In this document: piece by piece, positions 51,102 to 61,196 of the stretch
Layout of the letters: every line of letters starts with the position of its first letter
How positions within the stretch are numbered: the first letter of the stretch is position 1
NCBI GenBank assembly: GCA_964583165.1
Contig: CAZOVK010000003.1
Location: forward strand, 1-64,000
Length of the DNA: 64,000 nucleotides
Direction: 5' to 3'
From: an uncultured Defluviitaleaceae bacterium
GTDB lineage: Bacteria > Bacillota > Clostridia > Lachnospirales > WRAX01
The notes under the pieces: generated by a model
What the model was told of the DNA's origin: nothing
Databases searched by the model: none
What the model saw: the letters and a program-made list of their open reading frames with translations, nothing else
Program-made: the position numbers and the translations under genes

Positions 51102-51980
51102 ATGGCGAAATTCGTACTGTTTTCTGACAGCTCATGTGACTTGACAGTTGAAATAGCAAGGGATTTGGATATTCATATAGTGCCGTTCTATGTTTCGTTT
51201 GACGGCGCAAGGTACTTCAAAGAACGTGTGGATATCACAAACGACGAGTTTTACGAACGCTTGCGCGGCGGTATTGCCAAAACCAGCTTACCTCCGCTCG
51301 CCGATTACGCCGAGGCGTTTCGTTTTGCTCTCGAAAGCGGTCAAGACGTTTTATGTATCTGCTTGTCGTCGAAGTTTTCGGGTTCATTTCAGAGCGCATG
51401 TGCCGCGAAACTCATGCTGGAAGATGAATTTAAGGACAGAAATATTGTAATTGTTGATTCATATACGGCGACATTGGGGCAGGGTTTATTAGTGCTCGAA
51501 GCCGTGAAAATGCGCGACGACAACATAACGGCGCTAGAAGCCGCCAACATACTCGAACAAATGAAGCTGACGGGCAAACTCTATTTCACGCTCGATTCGC
51601 TCGAACACCTTCAAAAAGGCGGGCGTATCGGCAAGGTTTCGGCGCTGGCGGGTATGTTATTGAACATAAAACCCATAATTGTATTGGATAACGGCGAGCT
51701 TCTGCCACATTCAAAGGTGCGTGGCAAGCGTAAGGGCATGACACGGATAATGGAACTCACGCAGGAATACATTGGTGAAAGTCCGCGCGATTATACGGTG
51801 ATGGTTCTGCATTCGAATGTTTTGGAGGATGCAAAAGTCGTCAAAGCAGAGCTTGCGTCTGATTATAACATAAAAACCGACCTCCCGATTCTCGCGGCCG
51901 GCTCAACGGTCGGCGCACACGCAGGGCCAACCGCCGTAGGTATCGCGATGGTCAGAAATTATGAGAGCTATAAAAGATAA
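51102..51980 (+). CDS. DegV-family fatty-acid-binding protein (second paralog)
   Basis: VLFSDSSCDL, VPFYVSFDG and SLEHLQKGGRIG motifs. Start at MAKFVLF, with ACGGAGGAAG upstream. Confidence 0.85.
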   Translation: MAKFVLFSDSSCDLTVEIARDLDIHIVPFYVSFDGARYFKERVDITNDEFYERLRGGIAKTSLPPLADYAEAFRFALESGQDVLCICLSSKFSGSFQSACAAKLMLEDEFKDRNIVIVDSYTATLGQGLLVLEAVKMRDDNITALEAANILEQMKLTGKLYFTLDSLEHLQKGGRIGKVSALAGMLLNIKPIIVLDNGELLPHSKVRGKRKGMTRIMELTQEYIGESPRDYTVMVLHSNVLEDAKVVKAELASDYNIKTDLPILAAGSTVGAHAGPTAVGIAMVRNYESYKR

Positions 51981-52007
51981 CAGATAATTCACAAAAGAGG
52001 GCACATA

Positions 52008-55000
52008 ATGTACTCAATGCAGTTTTTTTTGACAGGTTTGTTGGTTCTCGGGCTAATTGCGCTATACGCCGCAAAAAAGAAAGATGAGCATTTCCATTTT
52101 TACAATGTCGTGTTCATACTTGCGGCGGGGCTTTTCGTGCGTTTTGCGGCGGGGGCGCTGGGGCTTTCTCACCCGACCGACATCGACTGCTTCCGCTCAT
52201 GGGCGATTCTCCTTAACAAAGACGGCTTTGGCGCGTTCTACACTCTAAAGGATATGCACACAGACTACCCACCCGCGTATATGTATGTACTCTGGTTTAT
52301 CGGTGGTCTTAAAAGCACGTTCGACCTTGAATTCGACAGCTATACATATGAGCTGCTTATCAAACTGCCCGCGATTTTAGCCGATTTATTCGCGGCGTGT
52401 TTCATCTATTTCATAGCCGTGAAAGAGGGCGCGAAACGCAAAGAACCAACAGACTCAAAACTGACGGATTTCGCGGCGTACACGCCGTCTTTAGTCGCGC
52501 TTGCCTACGTCCTAAACCCAGCCGCCATTCTCGATTCGGCAGTGTGGGGGCAGGTTGACTCTGTTCTTGCGCTTCTTGTCATTCTATCAATTTATCTGCT
52601 ATATACAAAGAAATACCTCGGCGCGAGCCTTGTTTATGTTCTCGCCATTCTCACAAAGCCACAGGCGCTTATGTTCGCGCCTGTTTATATGTACGCGTTC
52701 TTCATGTATCTAAAGCGTTACCGTTTCAGTGTTATTGCGTTCGTTCAACTGATTCTCTGGTTCTTGTCATGTGCCATGTTAGCCGCGCTGATTGTCATGC
52801 CGTTTGCTTTCACACCCGAGGGGTTCACATTCTCGCCTGTCATCGACCAATTTACCGAAACGCTCTCACAGTATGCTTACACAACGGTCAATGCATATAA
52901 TATATACGCGTTGTTTGGGCTTAATTGGGTTTCGATAGAAACGAAATTCCTGTTTTTCACGTATGACACATGGGGTTTGATTTTCCTTGTGATTATTGTG
53001 GCGGTTTCGTTGCTAATTATGTTCAAATCAAAGGGGCGTTCGCGCATATTTATAGGCGCGGCGTTCATCAATATCGCCACGTTCATGTTGTCGGTGAAGA
53101 TGCATGAGCGATACGCATTTACGGCGCTGGCACTGCTCATTATATCGTATGTAATGTCGCGCGATAAGCGATTTTTATACCTCTATTGGGGATTTACATT
53201 GGCGTTCTTCATGAACTACGTTGACGTACTTCGCGTGAGTTTAAGCGGATTCGACTATTCGATAATCGGCACTACAGCGCGTATTTTGGCAGTGCCTTGT
53301 GTGGCTATGTTTGGTTATCTCATATATGTTGTTTCATTGTATGTATTCCCGGCGAAACAGGTTGAGTCTACGGAAGAAACCCAGATTGAAGAAACGAATG
53401 ACGAAGAACGGGCATTCAACCCAACGCCCGAAAGCACAGATTTACCCAAATTTATCCGCGCTGACTACATTACGATGCTTGGAATAACGGGCATCTATGC
53501 CATTATCGCGTTTGCGCGGCTTGGCAACAACTTTTCGCCCCAAACAGAGATGTTTCTGGAGCAGGGTAGGGATGTCACGGTTGAGTTCCATGAACCCGTT
53601 CAAATAACGCGCATTCAATATTTTCTTGGCGCGCGCACTGACCAGAAATTCGTCATAGAATTTCAAAATGACAGCTTGGCCGAAAACCTCTCAGTCGAAG
53701 CAAACGGCGTTTTCAAGTGGCTGGACGTATATGGCGATTGGAAGGCTACGCGCGTGCGGTTGAGCGCGAGAACGAACGACCTAAGGATTATGGAAATGGC
53801 CTTCCGCGACCCGAACGGGCAGATAATACCGATTAAGGAAGTCACGCCATTCGGCGCAAACGGTTTTGACGAGCAGAACCTCGTTGTTGAGATGAGCACG
53901 TTTGATAACACGACCTATTTCGATGAAATCTATCACCCGCGTACGGCATATGAGTTTATTAACAAGATGTACGTCTATGAGTGGACACACCCGCCGCTCG
54001 GTAAAGTCATAATGTCGTGGGGCGTTCGCGCGTTCGGCATGACACCGTTTGGCTGGCGATTTACGGGGACACTGTTTGGAGTGCTCATGTTGCCGCTTAT
54101 GTATGTATTCGCGCGGGTCATTTTTGGCAAGCGCATGTACGCGACCTTCGCGACTGTGCTTTTCGCGGCTGATTTCATGCACTTTGCACAGACACGAATA
54201 GCGACGATTGATTCATACATCACGTTTTTCGTTATGGCTATGTATCTGTGTATGTTCATCTATATGCGTATGAGCTTCTTCAAGCAGAAATTCTGGAAAA
54301 CGCTGATTCCGCTTGGGCTTTCGGGTCTTTTCATGGGGCTTGGCGTTGCCTCGAAGTGGCCGGGGGTTTATGCAGGGCTGGGTCTTGCGGTCATCTTCTT
54401 TGTGACGCTCATCAGGCGTTATAAGGAGCATGTAAACGCCGACGGGAACACTAAATTTTGGAAGTATACGGCGCTCACATGTCTATGGTGTTTGTTATTC
54501 TTTATTGCCGTACCGCTTGTGATTTTTGTGTTGAGTTATATACCGTATTACGCAACGGGTAGTCTATACCCTGTTCGTGAGAACATTCGAATCTTGAAGG
54601 ATAGCGGTCTTGCGGCGGCGTTACTGCCCGACAATGCGCTCGGAAATTACCTTGCGGCGATTTTGCAAAACCAACTGGATATGTTTAACTATCACGCGGG
54701 TGTCACAGAACCACACCCATACGGCGCGCCTTGGTATCTGTGGCCGCTCACAATTCGCCCGATATTCTATTATTCGGCGACGTTCTCAGACACAATCCGC
54801 GCGGGTATCAGCAGTTTCGGCAACCCCGTAATCTGGTGGGGTGGGTTCGTGGCGCTCATTCACGGTGTGTATAAGCTCGCGAAGAAGTGGAGCTGGACGT
54901 TGTTCTTCCTCATTGTGGCGTGGGTAGCGCAATTCTTGCCTTGGGTTTTCGTGTCGCGCACGACATATATCTATCACTACTTCCCGTGTGTGCCGTTTGT

Positions 55001-55193
55001 TATACTGTTACTGACTAAATTCTTCAATGACCGTGAGGGCTTGAGCAACAACACCAAACACATGCTGATAATCATGGTTGTATCCTGTGTGCTGTTCGTG
55101 ATGTTCTACCCGGTCTTGTCAGGTTTACCTGTGGATTTCACGATTGCGAAGCGTTTTCTAGAGTGGTTACCCGGCAAATGGCAATTGATATAG
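52008..55193 (+). CDS. large GT-C membrane glycosyltransferase whose C-terminal module is protein O-mannosyltransferase (Pmt/GT39)-like
   Basis: Residues 480-1061 show the Pmt family signature FDEIYH...THPPLGKVIMSWG...FGWRFTGTLFGV...DFMHFAQTRIATIDSYITFF. A roughly 125-aa beta-rich insert (aa 505-630) sits in loop 1 before the DE motif. The N-terminal roughly 470 aa form a separate 10-12 TM domain with a TDID acidic motif in its first loop. Confidence 0.75.
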   Translation: MYSMQFFLTGLLVLGLIALYAAKKKDEHFHFYNVVFILAAGLFVRFAAGALGLSHPTDIDCFRSWAILLNKDGFGAFYTLKDMHTDYPPAYMYVLWFIGGLKSTFDLEFDSYTYELLIKLPAILADLFAACFIYFIAVKEGAKRKEPTDSKLTDFAAYTPSLVALAYVLNPAAILDSAVWGQVDSVLALLVILSIYLLYTKKYLGASLVYVLAILTKPQALMFAPVYMYAFFMYLKRYRFSVIAFVQLILWFLSCAMLAALIVMPFAFTPEGFTFSPVIDQFTETLSQYAYTTVNAYNIYALFGLNWVSIETKFLFFTYDTWGLIFLVIIVAVSLLIMFKSKGRSRIFIGAAFINIATFMLSVKMHERYAFTALALLIISYVMSRDKRFLYLYWGFTLAFFMNYVDVLRVSLSGFDYSIIGTTARILAVPCVAMFGYLIYVVSLYVFPAKQVESTEETQIEETNDEERAFNPTPESTDLPKFIRADYITMLGITGIYAIIAFARLGNNFSPQTEMFLEQGRDVTVEFHEPVQITRIQYFLGARTDQKFVIEFQNDSLAENLSVEANGVFKWLDVYGDWKATRVRLSARTNDLRIMEMAFRDPNGQIIPIKEVTPFGANGFDEQNLVVEMSTFDNTTYFDEIYHPRTAYEFINKMYVYEWTHPPLGKVIMSWGVRAFGMTPFGWRFTGTLFGVLMLPLMYVFARVIFGKRMYATFATVLFAADFMHFAQTRIATIDSYITFFVMAMYLCMFIYMRMSFFKQKFWKTLIPLGLSGLFMGLGVASKWPGVYAGLGLAVIFFVTLIRRYKEHVNADGNTKFWKYTALTCLWCLLFFIAVPLVIFVLSYIPYYATGSLYPVRENIRILKDSGLAAALLPDNALGNYLAAILQNQLDMFNYHAGVTEPHPYGAPWYLWPLTIRPIFYYSATFSDTIRAGISSFGNPVIWWGGFVALIHGVYKLAKKWSWTLFFLIVAWVAQFLPWVFVSRTTYIYHYFPCVPFVILLLTKFFNDREGLSNNTKHMLIIMVVSCVLFVMFYPVLSGLPVDFTIAKRFLEWLPGKWQLI

Positions 55194-55202
55194 GAGGAAA
55201 AA

Positions 55203-56135
55203 ATGAAGCCCGTACTATCTGTGGTTGTACCCGTTTTCAATGAGGAGGAGGTCATAACCGAATCATATAAGCGGCTAAGTAGAGTGCTCGAAAATTGCGG
55301 TGAGGTGTATGAGCTGATTTTCGTCAATGACGGTTCGCGCGACAAAACGGCGGCTATGATTGGTGAAATCATCAAAACGGACAGCAATGTGCGCTTGATT
55401 AACTTTTCGCGCAATTTCGGACATCAACCCGCGATTACAGCGGGCATGGATTATAGCTTTGGTGATGCGGTTGTTGTTATTGATGCCGACTTGCAAGACC
55501 CGCCCGAGATTATCCCTGAGATGTTGAAGGTCTGGCGCGAAGGTTATGACGTGGTTTATGGCAAGCGGACGAAACGCAAGGGCGAAACGGCGTTCAAAAA
55601 AATGACGGCGGCTATGTTCTACCGAGTTCTGCGCGGTATGACGAACGTAGACATACCCGTTGACGCGGGGGATTTTCGCCTGCTTGACCGCAAGGTTGTT
55701 GACGCGCTCAGTACATTACCCGAGCGCAATCGCTATGTACGCGGGCTTGTGAGTTGGGTTGGCTTCAAACAAACAGGCGTTGAATATGTGCGTGATGAGC
55801 GTTTCGCGGGCGTGACCAAATACCCGCTGAAGAAAATGCTCAAATTCGCTATGGACGGCATAACCGCGTTTTCTTACAAGCCGCTCAAACTAGCGGCGGG
55901 TCTGGGGTTCTTCATCTCAATAGTGAGTTTTCTGGCGATTCTCGTAATCGTCTGGCAGAGATTGTTCACGAATACAACGGTTGACGGCTGGGCTTCAACG
56001 ACAGCGATAGTGCTGTTCTCACAGGGCATAGTATTGATGATGATGGGCATTATCGGCGAATATATCGGACGGATTTTTGACGAGATTAAGTCACGCCCCA
56101 TTTATATCGTTAAGGACGTTGTGGAAAAAGAGTAG
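55203..56135 (+). CDS. GT2 polyprenol-phosphate hexosyltransferase (Dpm1/Ppm1/GtrB/ArnC-like)
   Basis: GT-A fold with LSVVVPVFNEEE, VNDGSRD and IDADLQDPPE (DxD) motifs plus two C-terminal TM helices, as in GtrB and ArnC. Confidence 0.85.
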   Translation: MKPVLSVVVPVFNEEEVITESYKRLSRVLENCGEVYELIFVNDGSRDKTAAMIGEIIKTDSNVRLINFSRNFGHQPAITAGMDYSFGDAVVVIDADLQDPPEIIPEMLKVWREGYDVVYGKRTKRKGETAFKKMTAAMFYRVLRGMTNVDIPVDAGDFRLLDRKVVDALSTLPERNRYVRGLVSWVGFKQTGVEYVRDERFAGVTKYPLKKMLKFAMDGITAFSYKPLKLAAGLGFFISIVSFLAILVIVWQRLFTNTTVDGWASTTAIVLFSQGIVLMMMGIIGEYIGRIFDEIKSRPIYIVKDVVEKE

Positions 56136-56168
56136 CGGATTTGCGCGGTGATTTTGGTTAAATAAATG

Positions 56169-56205
56169 AAATGGCGGCATCTTAGCAACGCCGCCATTTT
56201 TATGT
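56169..56205. terminator. bidirectional terminator
   Basis: GAAATGGCGGC-(11 nt)-GCCGCCATTT perfect 10-bp stem with T/A runs on both sides, lying between the GT2 gene and the convergent ROK regulator. Confidence 0.72.
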
Positions 56206-56206
56206 A

Positions 56207-57439
56207 TTATGAGTGTAATTGTTTCTGTGATTGTTTACCGCCCTCATACCCTGCCGCCCCCGATGCGATTAGGTACTTGATATAGTGTGAAGCAGCGCCG
56301 AGTGGCGCACCGTGGCTGATACCGCTGACGGCGAGTTTCACGCGTCGCCCTAAAACCGCCTGTCTTTTGTCGATTTCATTCATTAGAGCGTCTACGAAGA
56401 ATGTGCCGGCTCTCGTCATTTCGCCTGTCAGTATCAGATACTCGGGGTCGAATACGTTAATCAGGTTGATGGCCGTACTGCTGAGATAACCGATAACGCG
56501 TTTGGTTATACCTGAAGCGAACGGGTCACCAGTTTGAGCGTGTCTAAACAGAAAAGATGCGTCTACATTTTCGAAGTAGGGGCCTGCTTCTGCCGTCATT
56601 GTCGTTCGCGCATTCTTTTTAATGCAGTAGATAATCCAGTTACGGATGGCGGTTGATGATGCCATAGCGTTTAGACAGCCCTTGTTGCCACATTCACAGA
56701 CAAAGCCGTCTTTTTCAACGGCAACATGGCCGATATCGGGGCTTAGACCAGTAGCGCCACGCATGATGACACCACCTGTGGCAACACCGACGCCGATATG
56801 GTCAGAGAGATTCAGACATACATAATCGCGCGAACCCGCATTAGCTCCAAACCAGCCCTCACACATGGCTATGGCTCGATTAGAGTCTACAACTACGGCC
56901 GCTAGGTTGAGACGGTTTATTATGGGCATGAGAATGTCTACGTTTTTCCACGGTAATATCGGTGAGTCACGCATAATACATGTATCGCGCTCTATGGCGG
57001 CGGGTAGCGTTATACCTATGCCCAAGACTGAGCTGGGTTTGACGCCACTTTCGGCGATTACGTGTTCCACAAGGTCGGCTATGCTTGAACAGAAAGAATT
57101 TAACGACGTGAATTGTGTTTCCACTGTTGATACCGCCATTTGATGTGCCTTGCCATCAAAAACGGCCGCCCAAATGGAGTTTTTGCTGATTTCTACGCCT
57201 ACAATATAAATTCGCTCGAAAACAAACCGCAGTAAATCGGCGCGTTTGCCGCCTGTAGAGGGCGCTTTGCCCGCCGTTTCTAAAAGTCCCAATTCAATAA
57301 GTTCATCGGTTATCTTCATAACCGTAGGCACGCTAAGCCGGCAGAGCCGCGCCAAATCGGCACGCGTGATGGATTTGTTCCGATAGATATGCTTTAATAT
57401 CTCGGCGCGGTTGAGAAGGTTTAGGGATGTTTGGTGCAA
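56207..57439 (-). CDS. ROK-family transcriptional regulator (NagC/XylR-type)
   Basis: N-terminal winged HTH (ITRADLARLCRLSVPTVMKITDEL) plus a ROK sugar-kinase-like domain with the zinc motif CECGNKGCL. Confidence 0.8.
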   Translation of the reverse strand: MHQTSLNLLNRAEILKHIYRNKSITRADLARLCRLSVPTVMKITDELIELGLLETAGKAPSTGGKRADLLRFVFERIYIVGVEISKNSIWAAVFDGKAHQMAVSTVETQFTSLNSFCSSIADLVEHVIAESGVKPSSVLGIGITLPAAIERDTCIMRDSPILPWKNVDILMPIINRLNLAAVVVDSNRAIAMCEGWFGANAGSRDYVCLNLSDHIGVGVATGGVIMRGATGLSPDIGHVAVEKDGFVCECGNKGCLNAMASSTAIRNWIIYCIKKNARTTMTAEAGPYFENVDASFLFRHAQTGDPFASGITKRVIGYLSSTAINLINVFDPEYLILTGEMTRAGTFFVDALMNEIDKRQAVLGRRVKLAVSGISHGAPLGAASHYIKYLIASGAAGYEGGKQSQKQLHS

Positions 57440-57495
57440 ATCATCACCTCGGACGTTGACTTGTCGTTTCGTTACGTATCGCCAAAAAATCGGAT

Positions 57496-58275
57496 TTACT
57501 TATATTCTTCCATTTTTATGCTAATAATCTGAACTGTGTCAACAGGCGTTTCGCCACGTGTCTGACAAGCCGCTATCTCGTCAACAATATTCATACCCTC
57601 AAAAACCTGACCGAACACGGTATAGCGGAGGTCGAGCATAGGCGTACCGCCGTATGTTAAATAAGAGCTTGAAAAGGGCGTAGGCATTATGTCGCCAATC
57701 ACGATGGGCTGGCCGTCTTTTGTTTTGTCGATTTCTTCATCGGGGTTGTCAAGGTAATACTGAACCTCTCTCGTCCAATCAGTGTCTAGTTTATCGGCTG
57801 TCACGATATAGAACTGGCTCCCGATAGAATCGGGTTGGCTTGACATCGCCATACAGAGCGCCCCGCGAATGTGGTGAAGGTTGTAGTCGATTTCAACGCC
57901 AAAGCCCTTACCCCAGATGCTCTCACCGCCCATGCCGTTGCCCTTTGGGTCACCGCCTTGAATGACGAAGCCTTTCGATACGCGGTGGAACGTGAGGTTG
58001 TTATAATACCCGTCTTTGGCGTGTGTCGAGAAGTTCTCAGAAGCCTTGGGTGCATATTGCGGAAAGAGTCGTGCCTTGATAATGCCGTAGTTAGTTTCTA
58101 TTACAGCGACTTCTTCGCCCTTTTCGGGCATCTGAAATTGCGCGTAACCACTGTCTGCGTAATCATTCAATGCAGTGTACGGCTCAGATTTCGTTTTGTT
58201 TGATGAACAGCCCGCAAAAGTAAAGACGATGCTCATCATTAAACACAGCAAGATGGTTTTCTTCATGTCAGTCAC
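57496..58275 (-). CDS. ppiB: lipoprotein cyclophilin-type peptidyl-prolyl cis-trans isomerase
   Basis: Lipobox FAGC and the cyclophilin core FHRVSKGFVIQGGDP...GGESIWG. Confidence 0.85.
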   Translation of the reverse strand: MTDMKKTILLCLMMSIVFTFAGCSSNKTKSEPYTALNDYADSGYAQFQMPEKGEEVAVIETNYGIIKARLFPQYAPKASENFSTHAKDGYYNNLTFHRVSKGFVIQGGDPKGNGMGGESIWGKGFGVEIDYNLHHIRGALCMAMSSQPDSIGSQFYIVTADKLDTDWTREVQYYLDNPDEEIDKTKDGQPIVIGDIMPTPFSSSYLTYGGTPMLDLRYTVFGQVFEGMNIVDEIAACQTRGETPVDTVQIISIKMEEYK

Positions 58276-58425
58276 TCCTAAGTATTTTGTGTAGATTTCC
58301 CCTCATTGTAATAGTATACATATTCACGTATTTGTCAAGTCGAATAATTGTTGAAATATTGTAATAAGAATGAAATGGGTTTTGTGATATAATAGTTAAT
58401 AAAAATACCTATCGGGGGTGATACA

Positions 58426-59394
58426 GTGAAATCAAAGTTATTAAGGGTTTTGGTCATTCTAGTCAGCGCATTTGCGCTTATTCTAATGCCTGTTTCTGCT
58501 GTATCGGCCGCCGAAGCGGTCGTTAATACGCGTTCAAGGGACGTTTCGGGGCGCATAGCGGGTGTTGTTGTCAAGGGAGAAGTACCCGTTTGTGAGGGGC
58601 TAAACCTCGAACTCGACAACATTATCAATGAAAAGGTCGGGGCGTTCTATGATTCTGTTGTCGCGTCATACACAGACAGCGCACGTTCAATAGCGTTCAG
58701 CTATAAGGCCGTTGAGTATGAACAGTATTACTCTTTGCTGGTTTACGCCAATGTAACCTCTGTTGTATCACCGTCGCTTGTGTTCGCGGTTTGCGTCGAT
58801 ACAGAAAACGAACGCATTGTGAATCTTGCTGATGTTTTGGGGCCGAACGGCGTTAAGCTCGCCAATGACTTCATTTCATTGAAAGTAGCGCAAACAAAGG
58901 GTTATAACGCGAATTTCACAGGTATTAACGCTCAGGCAAAATTCTATATAGACGGCGGTTCTATCTGCTTCCCGTTTGATAAGTATGCGATTGCGGCGGG
59001 TTCACTCGGCGTTGTTGAGTTGGTATTGCCGCTGGAAGATTGTGTGAACCTAACTGTCATGCGTGAAGACTACTATTTGCTGACTCAATACAATGTCAAG
59101 ATGATTCGCTTATCGCAAGTGGTCGAAAGCTTCGGTTATACATTGAGCTGGAAGCAGGACATAAACGCCGTAGCCGTCAATTACGGTTTCGAGGAGTTTA
59201 TAACCATTGCCTATGGCAAGAACAGTTACCAGATACGTGGTCAGAACGTGAAAATCCTTGAGGCCGCGCCTGCGGCGACTGACGCGCGGACATATGTACC
59301 CATTTCGTTTTTCAGCGAGATTATGGGGCTTCATTATAGCATAAACAGTGATGGCGACATTACGTTTTCACAATATATTGCACACCGGGAGTGA
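58426..59394 (+). CDS. secreted DUF3298/DUF4163-type protein with a C-terminal copper-amine-oxidase-like domain
   Basis: Signal peptide, an RsiV-like ectodomain fold inferred from composition, and a C-terminal Cu_amine_oxidN1-like segment (TYVPISFFSEIMGL). Confidence 0.5.
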   Translation: MKSKLLRVLVILVSAFALILMPVSAVSAAEAVVNTRSRDVSGRIAGVVVKGEVPVCEGLNLELDNIINEKVGAFYDSVVASYTDSARSIAFSYKAVEYEQYYSLLVYANVTSVVSPSLVFAVCVDTENERIVNLADVLGPNGVKLANDFISLKVAQTKGYNANFTGINAQAKFYIDGGSICFPFDKYAIAAGSLGVVELVLPLEDCVNLTVMREDYYLLTQYNVKMIRLSQVVESFGYTLSWKQDINAVAVNYGFEEFITIAYGKNSYQIRGQNVKILEAAPAATDARTYVPISFFSEIMGLHYSINSDGDITFSQYIAHRE

Positions 59395-59397
59395 AAA

Positions 59398-61104
59398 ATG
59401 GACTATAGAGATTATATTGCCGATAGCCTATTGAAGTTGGACGAGCTATCGGGCTTTTCACAAGAAGAATTAACAGCGCTTTTAGAAGTTCCGCCCCAGC
59501 CAGAAATGGGCGATTTTGCGTTCCCGTGTTTCAAGTTCGCAAAAGTGCTTAAAAAATCACCCCAAGTCATAGCCGAACAACTGGCGCAACGGATTTCGGG
59601 GCTTCCGCATTTCACGCGCATTGTCAATAACGGGCCGTACTTGAATTTTTTTGTTGACGTGACGGATTTTGTCGCATCAACGCTGGGTGAGATACAAAAA
59701 AAGGGTAACGCCTACCTGACTTCTGAAAAGGGCGCGGGCAAGACCATAGTCATTGACTATTCGTCTCCTAACATCTCAAAATCCATGCACATTGGGCATC
59801 TGTCGTCAACCGTCGTTGGAAAGTGCCTATATAATGTCTGTAAGGCTCTCGGCTTTAAGGTTGTCGGCGTGAACCACCTAGGCGATTGGGGCACATATTT
59901 TGGCAAGATGATTGTCGCTTATAAGCGCTTTGGCAATCGTGAGATGATAGACGAGCGCGGTGTGGCGGGTATGAATGAGATTTATTTGCTCTATTCAAAC
60001 GCCGCCAAGGAAGACGCGAGCCTCAATGACGAAGCCCGCGCATGGTTCGTGAAGCTTCAAAACGGCGACACCGAAGCCGTCGAGTTATGGCAGTGGTTTT
60101 TGAGCGTAAGCATTAAGGAATGTGAGCGGCTCTATGAGATTTTAGGCGTCAAGTTTGACGCGTTCACGGGCGAGAGCTTCTATAACGACAAGATGCCCGC
60201 TGTAGTCGAGGAGATTCGCGAAAAAGGGCTCCTCGTTGAGAGTGACGGCGCGATGATTGTGGATTTGTCTAAAAAGAAGATGCCACCGTGTTTGATTCTT
60301 CGCAGTGACGGCGGCACGCTCTATCCGACACGCGACATTTCATGTGCCATTTATCGCAAGCAGACATATGATTTCCATAAGTGTTTATATGTGACGGGGG
60401 CGGAACAGGTTCTGCACTTCGCGCAGTGGTTCGCTGTCATTGAGTATATGGGTTATGATTGGGCTAAAGACTTGATTCATGTACCGCTGGGCATGATTCT
60501 GTCAGCTGATGGCGGTAAGTTCGCGACACGCTCGGGTAATGCGCCACTTCTGTCTGACATGTTAGACGAAGCGATTGAGCGCACCATGCAGATTATTGAA
60601 GAAAAGAACCCCGATTTAGAGGACAAAGCGATTGTTGCGCGTCAAGTCGGCATTGGGGCATTGACGTTCAGTTCGCTATATAACAGCCGTATAAAGGACA
60701 ACGTGTTTAACTGGGATAACGTACTTAGTTATGAGGGCGAGTCAGGTCCATACATCCAGTATACACATGCGCGTTGCGTGAGCGTACTCGAACGCTCGGG
60801 CGGTTATGACGCCGCGAATGTGGATTTTAAGGCTGTGAGTGACAATATTACGTTTGAGATAGCGAAGCTTGCGGCTAACTTGCCCGACAAACTCACCGAA
60901 TGTTATGACAAGTTAGAGCCCTATGTGATAAGCCGCCACTTAATCGCGATTTCACAGGCATTCAACCGCTTCTACCACGATAACCCCATACTCTCGGCTG
61001 ATGAAACCACGAGAAACGCGCGTTTGGCGGTTGTGGATACTGTAAGGTTGTTGCTGTCAGAAGGACTTTCGCTATTGGGCATTGAAGCGCCTAAGCGCAT
61101 GTAG
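59398..61104 (+). CDS. argS: arginine--tRNA ligase
   Basis: Class I HIGH motif SMHIGHL, a DALR anticodon-binding domain, and a C-terminal ...GIEAPKRM ending. Confidence 0.9.
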   Translation: MDYRDYIADSLLKLDELSGFSQEELTALLEVPPQPEMGDFAFPCFKFAKVLKKSPQVIAEQLAQRISGLPHFTRIVNNGPYLNFFVDVTDFVASTLGEIQKKGNAYLTSEKGAGKTIVIDYSSPNISKSMHIGHLSSTVVGKCLYNVCKALGFKVVGVNHLGDWGTYFGKMIVAYKRFGNREMIDERGVAGMNEIYLLYSNAAKEDASLNDEARAWFVKLQNGDTEAVELWQWFLSVSIKECERLYEILGVKFDAFTGESFYNDKMPAVVEEIREKGLLVESDGAMIVDLSKKKMPPCLILRSDGGTLYPTRDISCAIYRKQTYDFHKCLYVTGAEQVLHFAQWFAVIEYMGYDWAKDLIHVPLGMILSADGGKFATRSGNAPLLSDMLDEAIERTMQIIEEKNPDLEDKAIVARQVGIGALTFSSLYNSRIKDNVFNWDNVLSYEGESGPYIQYTHARCVSVLERSGGYDAANVDFKAVSDNITFEIAKLAANLPDKLTECYDKLEPYVISRHLIAISQAFNRFYHDNPILSADETTRNARLAVVDTVRLLLSEGLSLLGIEAPKRM

Positions 61105-61107
61105 CAT

Positions 61108-61137
61108 AAAACCCCGCTCACGCGGGGTTTTATTTTG
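61108..61137 (+). terminator. Rho-independent terminator of argS
   Basis: AAAACCCCGC-tcac-GCGGGGTTTT perfect 10-bp stem, followed by ATTTTG. Confidence 0.8.
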
Positions 61138-61196
61138 TCAACAAGTCTGTCCGCTTCATATCTTACCATTAAAGAAAGATAGCGGGAGGATGTAAA

